64,000 bases of DNA from contig NIVC01000616.1 of NCBI GenBank assembly GCA_002269645.1, positions 1 through 64,000 on the forward strand, in the 5' to 3' direction. Of the stretch, positions 49,172-59,952 are shown one piece after another (position 1 is the stretch's first letter; each line of letters opens with the position of its first letter). The notes below the pieces were generated by a model. It did no database searches and was not told the origin of the DNA. It saw nothing but the letters and a program-made list of their open reading frames with translations. Origin of the DNA: Macrostomum lignano (taxonomy: Eukaryota). Both the position numbers and the translations under genes were made by a program.

Positions 49172-50462
49172 TGTCTATGGCACATCCTGACAGGGAAAAA
49201 TTGGCTATTCAGAGAGACTTGACCTTCATTTTGCGGCCATGCTAGGGAACCCAAATGCCGACCGTAAACGGACTTACGGCACCTGTACAAATTCTCCCCT
49301 AGGGTTGCGCGCCGGACCCCATTTCCTTAAGAAAGCTACTACGAAGAAGCGTTGGCGCCTGGACCCAAAAACCCAAGTGGCGGGAGCAATCGCCATGGAG
49401 GTCCTCCCACTTTACTGCCCTTGCACAGCCGGAAAACCGTCGGAGTCCAGTGGGGCTTCCACCTCAGGACTACCAATCTTGTACACGCAGCTTCACAAAA
49501 GGCGGGAATCCAGCTCCCCTACGTCTAGCAGAATCCACAAAAACCAAGACCTCCCCTTTCTGTTCAGAGCGAAGGCGCGCAGCGGGAGTCCAGACTAAAC
49601 TGTCCCCGAAGTTTTCAGGTTAGGCGGATTACAAGCCTGAAACTCTCGCCCGCTTTCCTAGGATAAACAGACCTAAGTGAGTATCTTCCTGAAATGCTTG
49701 CCCCTCCGATACTCCACCTTTGCTGCAGCTCGAAATAGCATACTTGGGACCTTTATCTGATGGCGGAGAAAGTCCTACAGTTGTCAGCCTCTCCACTTTA
49801 CTGTACTTGAACGCCCGGTTCTACCAGGAGACAGCGGTACCTCCATCTAGGTTATTCCAAGTTGCCAGAGACGTCAACCCGTCTTATTGACCTTGCGGGG
49901 CACTGGGGTGGCACTCTATGTACCGGGGCTTTTACATTAGGGGACTGCATGCAACCCTGCGTCTAAGCGCTTAGTGGGCTGCAGTGGCCAGAGGGGAAAA
50001 GAGTTGCGCAATAGCGCCTTCCTGGGCCAGGCTGACAAGTCGGGCAGGAGCGCCGTTCTACCGGGTCGGGCTGATTGGCACACCCACCTCCCCTATCAGA
50101 CTGACAGCAGGGGGGGGGGAGGAATTACTAAAGGAGGAGAATGCAGCAGGAAACATTACGAGATCACTGGGGGCCACCAGACTTCCAGTACACCATTCCA
50201 ATACTCACTGAACTCCACTATCAATAGGATACTATGGGATCTACTATTTCCAGCCACTGCACCAGCCCAAATGCAACCAAAGCAGTTACTACCGGGTCTG
50301 CAATGCAGTGGGGAGAGTTACTGGTACATGAAACTCAGTTTCAATCTCTGGGTGCTCCGTGTCCATCAGGCGCGGTTGGTGGCTCTTCTGACCAAAGGGA
50401 AAACAACAGGCGAGTTGTTATGCAACTACCGGTTTCGCACGAATCTTTCCGGGATGTAGACG
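49172..50462 (-). mobile_element. Putative 5' LTR of the gag-PR element (distal boundary uncertain)
   Basis: TGTCTA terminus abutting the PBS; imperfect inverted partner GATGTAGACG at ~50453-50462; unrelated to LTR 38209-40436. Confidence 0.45.
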
Positions 50463-50871
50463 AAATTGCCTTGAACTTTGGAGAAGAAATAAAATTGCGC
50501 GTGTTCATTGTACATGTAATTTAGGTAATTTTTACATTTTTTATTTTACATTATTTTAAATTTACATAATTTTATTTTACATAATTTTACATTATTTAAT
50601 TTGTTTCTACACACTAACGTACTACAACATTGTATATTACAATACAGATTGACACCAATGAAAAATTCGTAACAGAATTAGTGCAATGGTACTATCTTGT
50701 TGGCAAAGCCTTCTGTAAAAAAATTCTAATTATTGTCCATTTAAGACTTTTTTGCAATTGTAAATATACAGAGTATATAAAAAAGCTCTGTCTTAAGTAT
50801 AACTTCAATCTTTCAGGTTTGACAGTGGTGAGTTAGCCTCACCAGCTGTGGTTTTATTTAATACGCTAGGT

Positions 50872-51003
50872 GTTGTTCGGATCCCGGGTGATGGGAATTG
50901 CTTTTTTCATGCAGTATGTGATCAGTTGCAGGGCACTACGCTTGAGACCAATGCAGCGTTTTAAGGCATGAACTGACATGCCGTGTAGTGCAGGTAATGC
51001 CAG
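50872..51003 (+). pseudogene. Isolated fragment of the Helitron OTU exon
   Basis: VVRIPGDGNCFFHAVCDQLQGTTLETNAA, nearly the same as the Helitron 1 OTU. Confidence 0.85.
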
Positions 51004-53299
51004 TATTTACGTTAAAATGATACGTCCTGGAGACTAGCGTATTGCGTAAAAATGCTGCTCGGGCAATATATGACTGCATATCATGCAATGCTTGCTATAG
51101 ATGCAAGACCCGAAAATGGGTAATTTTTAATGAGCTCTCATTGCAGCAAAAGAATTAATACTAAAATTCGATCGCTTGTAAGACATGGTCGCTTGCATCA
51201 ATAGAGTTAATTTTGCGCTCCGAGGCAAATCCGATTTATTAAATTGGAGAACAGTCTACATCCACAGCCAGTTCGTCCTGCCAGTTTCAGTCTATTGCGT
51301 GGAAGGCCTTGATCAAGAGTAAAAAATGGTATCCAATAATTCTCCAATCCTATGGAGCTTTTTCGCGGAATCGCAGAAAGGCCGGAATTCGACAACTCGC
51401 CTTTTAAGCACGACTCTCGCGACTGGCGATTAATTTGAGGGACTATAAATAATAATTAATGTAATGTTTTGCAGCCGGTCGAAAACAGTTAAGTTGAACG
51501 AGATCCAAGATGTCGAACGTTGGCACGAATAACAAAAGCACATCATCAGCATGCTAACGACGTCCTCGAGTTCTCGAGCCTCAACAATGGCCTACCCTTA
51601 TGCCACAATCAGGATCGACAATGAACATTTACATGGAAAAGAGGTGCTCATTTCTGATTTTCTGAGTCAGCGGTACCTACCAAATGACAGTGCAAGCAAC
51701 GAGCTTGTATTGTCCGAAAATGAGCCTCGTCTGGCGTATTACATTCACTGTGCGCTCTCTAACGCTTATCGAATCTTCTGACATGTTGCAGCACCTTGAC
51801 CAAGGACCACTAAATTAACGTATAGTAGTCCTTGAACTTGACGTGTGCCAGTTAGGAGTCCGTCCCCGTCTACCTGCCAGCAAAAGCAGAGAAACAAAGC
51901 CTGCAGACTTCAAGCGAGGTGACGCCTACCAAGTCAGCTACAATTAAGCACCAGCGTCTGACTGCTGAATCAAATAAACCTCCATCGAATGCGATGTCTA
52001 CTGAACCGTTAAAAAACAAGTGCGAAAACGCAGTGCTCAGCACAGCAAAGCAATTCTGGTGGAGCCGATGGTACAGACTGGGTGGAGGCTCCACCAGCAA
52101 AGATCTTGGTGAGTACACCAGCCAGACAGCATTTTTAAAGCATGCTGCTGCTGCCGCCGCGGTGCTGCGGACGCTACTACAGCTAGCTTGTCTTCATCGG
52201 ACGATTCGTACAGCTCTGATGATGATGAGTAAAAATTTTGACAAAGTTTTTACCTATAAAGTTTTAACTAAAATTTGTTAAATTTGGCTAGGGAAACATT
52301 ATTTAGGAAAAAAAGCTTAAAACATTTTTGCTGCCGTTAACTCCTTGTATGCCTACCAGGTTTTGTAATTTATCCGAATTTACGATAGTATAGTCATGTT
52401 TAACTTGTATTATTATTTTTCCGTTTTAGCCACTTGTCCTATTAATACTTACTGCAAGTCTGAATCTGCGTCTGCTTAAAAAGATCAAACAGATCAAACA
52501 GAAGCTACAGGCCAGAAACCGGTTTTGCAAACTATTCTTAAGCCGATCAACAATGCTTAAGCTGTAGTTTAATTTATTAAAACGCTAAAATCCAACTTTG
52601 TCCGGCAGGAAACCTAACTGTATATAATTGTAAATTAAGTTTTCAGGTAGTTTTAGCTTTACGATTTATCAACGATACTATTAATTGTGTACATTACGAT
52701 TCAGTAAAAATTCAGAGCAGTCCCTGTTGGCTTTATTGGTCATGTTTGGCCAAAATTCGGGTTCTATATAGTCTAAAAAGATATGCAGGGTACTATTCGG
52801 ATTATCTAGTTGGGTACGACGCAGAAACTTTTCCACAAGCAGTTTTTTTTTAATCAACATCAAAACCAAGGCTTTTTGTAACATTTTTTCGAAAAAGTTT
52901 GTTCTTATGGGTGTTCAAAACAGTCATGAATTGAATATCTTAACCATGTCAATGATTTTTTAATCTCAAATGTTAACTAAACTAAACTAAACAAGTAAAC
53001 AACTAATCAAATCGCAGTTGCGATGCAATTTTTCACAAACATTTTGCCTTGTTTTCATTTATTTGCCTTGTTTCCTCATGTCTAGTAAACGTGTCAGCTA
53101 TACCCAACCAAACCAAATCATCATTTTTTTCTTACAACCGCAAATGACATACCGTAGTTAACTCTGAACCTAATAATATTGTGCTCGATACGGCCGAGTG
53201 CACTAGCTAGGTGCACACAATGCCGCGTGCACAATGCCGAAAAAAGTTCAGCAATCAAGCTGAGCTGCATCCCCCTCGCATTGTGATTGTTTTTCGCCG

Positions 53300-53822
53300 G
53301 AACGATTACTGACCGGATCGCTGCAAAACCTGCTCGAAAACCCACTATATGGGTGGTCCATTGCTTTGCGCGAGTCAGCTTATCGTGGTTGGGTAAATTT
53401 TATTGAATTTACTCCAACTTTTGAACAGAGTGAACAAGAGAGCTCGGGTTTTACTTCCTGCCGAGTTGATTGCACCTTTAAGAGGACCAATATTTAAAAT
53501 ATTGGAAAAATTAATTCGCCTAGTTTATTAATGAGTCTGCTTTCACTTAAAAGTGAAACTATCTCGACCGAAACAGACAACAGCAGACGACGGCGACGGC
53601 AATGAATCAAGCAAGGAGATAATCTCGGCCTATTTCAATAACAACAATGCGACAATATCATTCGATGAGACTATTGCAAATAGTGACATGCTGTTATCTC
53701 CCGAGGCCTACAATGACTGGTTCGCACGTGTTATTAATCAGCTATTGACAAAAATTGATGATTTTCCATCTCGAGGTAGTAATTGGCAATATGGAGCAAT
53801 CGAACAGCTAGACTTGATGCTT
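53300..53822 (+). pseudogene. Relic N-terminal region of a Polinton-like protein-primed PolB ORF
   Basis: RESAYRGWVNFIEF ... VCFHLKVKL ... AYFNNNNATI ... IDDFPSRGSNWQYGAIEQLDL resembles the E-F-x-x-x-GSGW motif preceding invertebrate pPolB domains; stops present. Confidence 0.55.
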
Positions 53823-55529
53823 GAGTTAATCGCAAAAGCCATGCAAGCACACTATTAAATACGTCCCACGAAGGTGTGGATCGGACTGCACCAGTACGGT
53901 CCGAACCGATCCGTAAGAAAAGAGTTGCACTCAAAGTTTCGATATCCATCGGTCGCAAGCAAGATACAGTCTTGTATCTGAAACCGCATCGAGCTAATTA
54001 ACTTGATTGTTTTCAATTTTTGTCATCGCCAGCAAGTTTGATCTCTTGACAACAGATCAGTAGTATACGCTTTTCCTCAGTCAGTAGGAAAGCCGATTTC
54101 CTTTTGGCGAAATATTTAGTCAGTAAAGGCCCAAAAAGTGACAGTCCAAAATTTTATGTGCACGCAGTTTGAAATTCCATGTACAAACAGTCTAAAATTT
54201 CAAGTGCACGTTGAATAACATTTACGCAACGAATAATTGCTTATCCAGACGAATGACATGTGCATAGACACCTGTCCAAAATACAATGTTAACGAATCTA
54301 GGAATGGTGACACAAACACACTATTCATAAGATTCTATTCAAGTTAAATTTACTTTAAAGCTATTCACACATTTTAAGTGTTATCGAAATGTGGAATTGA
54401 AAACTTGCGATTATTATCACCCTTTTGAAGAAAGATAAAAAATTCTCTATTATTAAGTACCCATAGTTTTTCCCACCAACTTTTACAAGTTTGTAAAAGT
54501 TTGTAAAAAACAAGGTTTACAGATACTATACCAACCACGTCAGCATGCTTTTGTGTGTATATATATGTATAATATAATTAATATATAATATTAATATTAA
54601 TATATAATATTATATTATAATTTGTCATCGCCAGCGTGTCTATATATACAGCACACACGGAAAATATTCAATAAAACTCAAACTAAATTTACATTACACC
54701 AGTTGTTCGACTATACTTGCATCGTTAGTCAAATGATCACGTCAGGAGGAATTGGCCGAGCGCTGTGTTAAAGAAGGTAAGATAATTACCTACTTTAGTT
54801 CAGTTTCTAGATTGATTGTCTGCTAGTTCGGTTTCTGTTTAGATTAATCGTCTGCTAGTTCAGATTCTGTATACATATTGCATATACGCTTACCAAATTT
54901 ACCCTCATCTAATTATTTCTACAGCAATCGAGAATGGTGCCTTTACGCGATGAGCAGACAACCGCATTTATTCTGCAACGTCATCTTCTAAAACTCTTGC
55001 AAGAGTGACTTCGATTCATAGTGAGAGACAAACAACCAAGCTAGATCGCACTTACCTAAAATCTATTAGTCAATCAATTAGTCCACAAACGAACTTACGA
55101 CCACCAGTAACAGCTGTCCTAGACCAACTGCGTACACCATCACCACTAGTCGGCTACAACGACCTAACAAACCAAGCTCGCAATAGGCCTACAAATACCG
55201 AGTCAAGAACGGAAACCATGTCATCAATTGCTATTTCTAGCCAAATTCAACACCTATATATCAACTCGCCAATTCTTACACAGAAGGACGTGAAGTGTGT
55301 AAAAGTGTCTCAAACGAGCACAGAATTCTACCAAGTGGAATTAACAAAAACTAGCAATGCAACTTAAGCATTTGAATATTGGGACCTATCTCAGACATTT
55401 TTTAACTCTTCATCAAATTTTGCTAGTAATCTGTTCATGTGATTGCTCTATTTCAGTATTTACCAAGCATACTATGTCTAATCAATAATATTATAATCTC
55501 TATAAATTCTTTATTTTAGAATGTACATG

Positions 55530-56729
55530 TATGGTAGGACTCCTGGGATTACTCGGTAATCACGCAATTAATTATTATATTATTTATGAATAATGACGTA
55601 ATACTAACATGCAAATTTAATTCACTGAAGCTCGTGCACAAGCGCCAACGAATAGCATACTGTATCTGCGCGACAAAGTGACTGTTAGTTGTTTTAATGC
55701 ACTAGCTTTGCGGGTATATAAATACCGCGTGCACCAGCACCACTCTTGCCTTGGCTCTCGTTTTTCTAGCCCGGACTGTGTGCTCCCAGTCTAGTACTGT
55801 CTTGTCTTGTATTGTATTGTCTTGTGTAGGCCCGGCCTGTAGTGCCTGATAATTGACTTAGTTAATGACTAGTGATTAGAACTCGTTATGAGTCTTAGTG
55901 TGAGTGAAGCTCGTAACTACTGAGCTTAGTCAGGTAGACTAAAATCTTAGCTCTAACAGACTATGTTTAGTAAGGACCCAGGAGAGGCCGAGCTTATCTT
56001 AGCTAATTAATTATTGTTAAGTCGTTATTATTTTACTGCTGGTGCGCTACTTTATTTATTTATTAAGTTATCGTTCAATAACTACGTCAATTTATTATTA
56101 TTTCGAAACTCAATTTAAGCTATTAAGTTCAATTTAATCAAAATCTTCTTTGATAGCGATTTGTCTCAGTCATTTAATCATAGCTTCGATATGCGGCAGC
56201 GAACTACCTTTCGTGACTATCTAGCTTTGGGATTGACTTATCGGGGAACGTAATATATCAGGAAACCATTGGCATTACTCTATCAGACCATCTCACGATA
56301 ACGCTCTTCGGCTGGTGCAATATAAGCAGTAAAGCCTTAGGCCATATTCTCGTAGCTACCGAAATTCTAAGTTTTTTGGAACCTTTGTTGTTACCGGAAA
56401 TAGAGGACCAAGTCACTCCGCTCATTAAGAGTTCGCGGACAAGAACCTGTCTGAGTTGTGCCAGACGCTGAGTCACCGCCGTGCTAAAGTACAAGTGATT
56501 CATAGTTTGCAACTAGACAAAGAGCATAGGAGACAAGGAGCCCAGCGGAAATCTAGAGTCCCGCGAGACATAGGGCCCATAGGAAACTATAGGTCACTCG
56601 AGACAAGGGGCCTGTCTCTTTTCGGTGCTATATATAATATCCGCGACAGACTACTTGTCGTTGGTAGCCAAATTAGCATTAGTTCAATATTTCATTCCGG
56701 CAAGTCGCATTAATTTTAAACCTATCACA
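55530..56729 (+). mobile_element. LTR (~1.2 kb) followed by a PBS; coding region absent
   Basis: Ends ...CCTATCACA, then TT and TGGTGGCATCGTATAGGATTC (56732-56752, tRNA-Leu-like PBS); TATATAAATA ~55715; left end TATGGTAGG is inferred. Confidence 0.6.
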
Positions 56730-57136
56730 TTTGGTGGCATCGTATAGGATTCAAGCCGTTAAGGTTACGCATTCTTTTCACCCCATTGCAAATGGAGATT
56801 AGTCTTTTGCATTTTCTTTAACCAAAACTACAACCTTTATTGGTTTGGCCGTGCATTTTTCTTCTAAAACTAAATTACGCTCATATTAATATTCAAAACT
56901 TAAACTACACGAAAGAAATTCTTGAAATAATAAAAGTCACGTCTTAATAGGTATAATAATCCAAATCTATTAAATTCAACGTAAAGAAAATCTTGGGTGT
57001 CCATAAAAGCCGGCACTGGACACATTGGACACTTTTTTATAACAAAATCAGGAAATGTCGCAAAATAATTTAGCGCAGTTCGTTTTAATTCGTTGTTGTA
57101 AAGAATTAAGTGATTAAAATAACAAATTTTTGCACA

Positions 57137-57543
57137 GATTTGGCAGAAGGTTTGCTAGACACGAATAACTATTCTCCAATGCATGCTCTGTACTCGACAA
57201 AGCACAAGGGTCGACTTTTGGCGTGGAAAGACGAGTTTAAAGGTTTTGTACCACTGCAACTGGTATAGCTCGTATTTGCCACCAAAAAATACTCCTTCGT
57301 GTATGCCAATGGAACTATAGATCAAGTCTCACGCTGCAAAGGTGTCTGTAGGTCCGTGGCACAAAGTTTAAAGCATAAATACTATTTTAGAGTTTTTCGC
57401 CTATGATGCCTACGCCTTTTTTAGGCTTATGAGTTTTTCGCGCATGCAGTCCATTCGCTGTCGAAAACAAAAAGTGTTTTTGGTGCAACAAAGAAAGCTT
57501 TTAATGAGCTTTTTCGATACGAAACGATCCTGGACAAGTTAAT
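57137..57543 (+). pseudogene. Relic C-terminus of a Polinton-like pPolB
   Basis: LDTNNYSPMHALYSTKHKGRLLAWKDEFKG..KKYSF..SRCKGVCRSVAQSLKHKYY..MQSIRCRKQKVFLVQQRKLLMSFFDTKR; frameshifts and stops. Confidence 0.7.
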
Positions 57544-57680
57544 TTTTATAGTTTAATATATTTTTATAGTTAGATTCGTATTACTGAACAACTTGTTTAA
57601 GCTTGTGTTTTTCGACGTAAATGTAGTTTCTAGCGTTCATATTCCAAGAAAAACTTTTGGTCGAACGTTTGTATGAGTCA

Positions 57681-57921
57681 ACCACGATTCCAACCCGAAA
57701 AACTGTCAGTTCATTTGGATATGATTATACCCAGGCGTAGATGACTTCATTCCGGCCTACGAATCCTGAAGTGTCCGGACAGGAATCAAAGTTCGGCTAC
57801 CGCCAGGCACCTATGGGAGAATAGAAGGACGGTCTAGCATGGCGCTACGCAGTATATTTGTCGGCGGGGGCGTCAACGATCCTGACTATACGGGCGAAAT
57901 CATCATTGTTTTTGTAGTGCA
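57681..57921 (+). pseudogene. dUTPase pseudogene (motifs 1-3), truncated
   Basis: TIPTRKTVSSFGYD..VRTGIKVRLPPGTYGRIEGRSSMALRSIFVGGGVNDPDYTGEI. Confidence 0.8.
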
Positions 57922-58484
57922 TGCGCCCTTGTCAGTTGGCAGGGCGCGTTGCACTTTGGGGCTGGTTGGGGGGGTTGGCGGGCGTGGCAGGGTCTGGCCC
58001 CGGCCGGGCTTTGCGCGTGCCCCTCCCCAGCCGTGCCCCTGCCCCGTGCTCAGGGCTGGTTGGCTGCGGCCGGGCCAGCTTTGGCGCGGGTGCAGCCCCT
58101 CCCCCTTAGGCGGGGTTTTGATTGGCTGGGCCGGCGTGGTTTGTTTTGGTGAGCTTAGCCGGTGGGGCCGTCTGCCCCAGGGTTTGGGTGCTATTTATGG
58201 TGCGACTCTGGCTCTTGCCCACCACCTGCGTGCTTTTTGTGTTTTGGTGTGCTCCGAGAGTGCAAGCGCGAGACCTGATAAAAGAAACAGCAACATTAGC
58301 TACTTGGATAAAAGAAACACAATAGCCTAATTGAGAAGAGTCTTGGAGAATTAAGAAGAAGTCGGAAACTGCGCTTGAGACCTGCGAATAATAAACGGTG
58401 AACAGTCATCTGGCCACTGGTAAGCCGCCTGCTGTTTGAGTCCTTTCTTTCCGGGAAGCTTGCTAGGCCGAATTCTTGCCAGAG

Positions 58485-58780
58485 CGTCATAACGCCGGGA
58501 GACCATATAGCTTCTGTAGTACGGTACCGTTTACCATATATATTGCGTACGCCTTACGGTATAGAGAATAGAAGCACTCGAGAGTGTCACCACACCTCAA
58601 GCCGCAGCGTGAACTCTGAGTGTCACAACACCAGAGGGATCGAATTATTATCGCAGAGCGTCGCCACGCCTGCTCGTCGTATTCATAAAAGTACAGACAG
58701 AGCGTCACAACGCCTGTTATTTCACATATAATATATATTGTACTCGGGACTGGGCACCCAAGCCGACCCGGGTTACAACA
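58485..58780 (+). mobile_element. 5' LTR of a Ty3/Gypsy element (~296 bp)
   Basis: CGTCATAACGCCGGG...CCCGGGTTACAACA imperfect terminal IR, directly followed by a PBS. Confidence 0.7.
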
Positions 58781-58783
58781 AAT

Positions 58784-58801
58784 TGGCGCCCGAACAGGGA
58801 C
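58784..58801 (+). other. PBS complementary to tRNA-Lys(UUU)
   Basis: TGGCGCCCGAACAGGGAC, the classic tRNA-Lys3 PBS. Confidence 0.93.
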
Positions 58802-59025
58802 CCTGTCCCCAAAGATTGAAAGTCGGCTCAGTTGCTTTCTATGAAAATTGCTGTCATATTGTGAGCGTTTTTTCTTATTAAAACGACTGTTGCTTATCGC
58901 TTGCGGCTATTGCCCTACCGCAAAAGACATTGATCACGGTGACAGACAACTGATTGGTTATCAGAGATCGATAGCTATCACCACCTCAGAGTAAAGAGTA
59001 GCAACGGTATTCAGTGACTTCGGCC

Positions 59026-59946
59026 ATGGGTGATCAAGCTATGGACCAACTGATCGATGCGCTGGCTGCGCGCCTCAGAGCCAACGCCGACCGAGCAGCG
59101 CCACGACTCTCGAAGCCGCCCAAGTACATACCAACGATGAATTTCAGCCTATGGCTGCAGAGTTTCAACGAGTACTGCGAGGCTGTCGGTATAGAAGAAG
59201 AAGCCAGGCGGCCGCACCTGATCGGCCTACTCGACCTCACAACAGCCTACGCTGCCGTTGATAAGCTGGACTTGGCAGACGACATCGAGTACGGGGAATT
59301 CACGGATGCACTACTGGCGCGGTTCACCATGAACAGAACAGCCCAGGACTACCGTTTTGAATTATCGAATCGAGATCAGCTAGACAAGGAGTCTGTGGAG
59401 ACCTACGGGGACGAGCTGCTGGAGTTGGTGCGCAATGCCTTCCCCACCGCGGATGCCGACACCAGGACAGAGCTGGCGAAAGACAGATTTCTAAAAGGCG
59501 TTCGAGTAACCGACACTGTCCGAGAAAGACTGTACCTGCAGCAGCCGGCCAACCTCACCGATGCCATTCGAACAGTAAGACAACTTGAAGCAGCCCAGAA
59601 GGCGTCTTCGACCCAGTCCAAAGCCAGACCCAGGGCTGGGCTGAATGCCTTTGCCACCGAAACGTCGACAGGTGACACCGGCAAAGACGAGGAGCTACGC
59701 CAACTGCGTCAAAAAGTAAAGGAAATGGAAGAAAAGATCCGACGGATGGAGCAGATGCAGCAGGGCCAGCAGGAGCCGCCCGAACCCGGCCTTCAAGACA
59801 AGCAACAATCCAAGCAGGCGGCTCCGTCCAGCTCGAAGCAGCGTAGCGGTGTCAAGTGCTACAACTGCGGGGAGATAGGCCATCTCTCATTCCAGTGCCC
59901 AAAGCCGGGAAAAGGCAAGAGGGGCCCACCAGCTGGAGGCAAGTGA
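59026..59946 (+). CDS. gag: Ty3/Gypsy Gag with CCHC knuckle
   Basis: RLSKPPKY..FSLWL..RDQLDKESVETY..CYNCGEIGHLSFQC. Confidence 0.92.
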   Translation: MGDQAMDQLIDALAARLRANADRAAPRLSKPPKYIPTMNFSLWLQSFNEYCEAVGIEEEARRPHLIGLLDLTTAYAAVDKLDLADDIEYGEFTDALLARFTMNRTAQDYRFELSNRDQLDKESVETYGDELLELVRNAFPTADADTRTELAKDRFLKGVRVTDTVRERLYLQQPANLTDAIRTVRQLEAAQKASSTQSKARPRAGLNAFATETSTGDTGKDEELRQLRQKVKEMEEKIRRMEQMQQGQQEPPEPGLQDKQQSKQAAPSSSKQRSGVKCYNCGEIGHLSFQCPKPGKGKRGPPAGGK

Positions 59947-59952
59947 GCCCCT
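59907..59952 (+). other. -1 ribosomal frameshift signal
   Basis: G GGA AAA in gag frame (59907-59913), 6-nt spacer, stem AGGGGC...GCCCCT. Confidence 0.7.

Noticed and set aside
38209-50462. 38209-40436 and 49172-50462 as a matching LTR pair
   Set aside because: No sequence similarity seen between them
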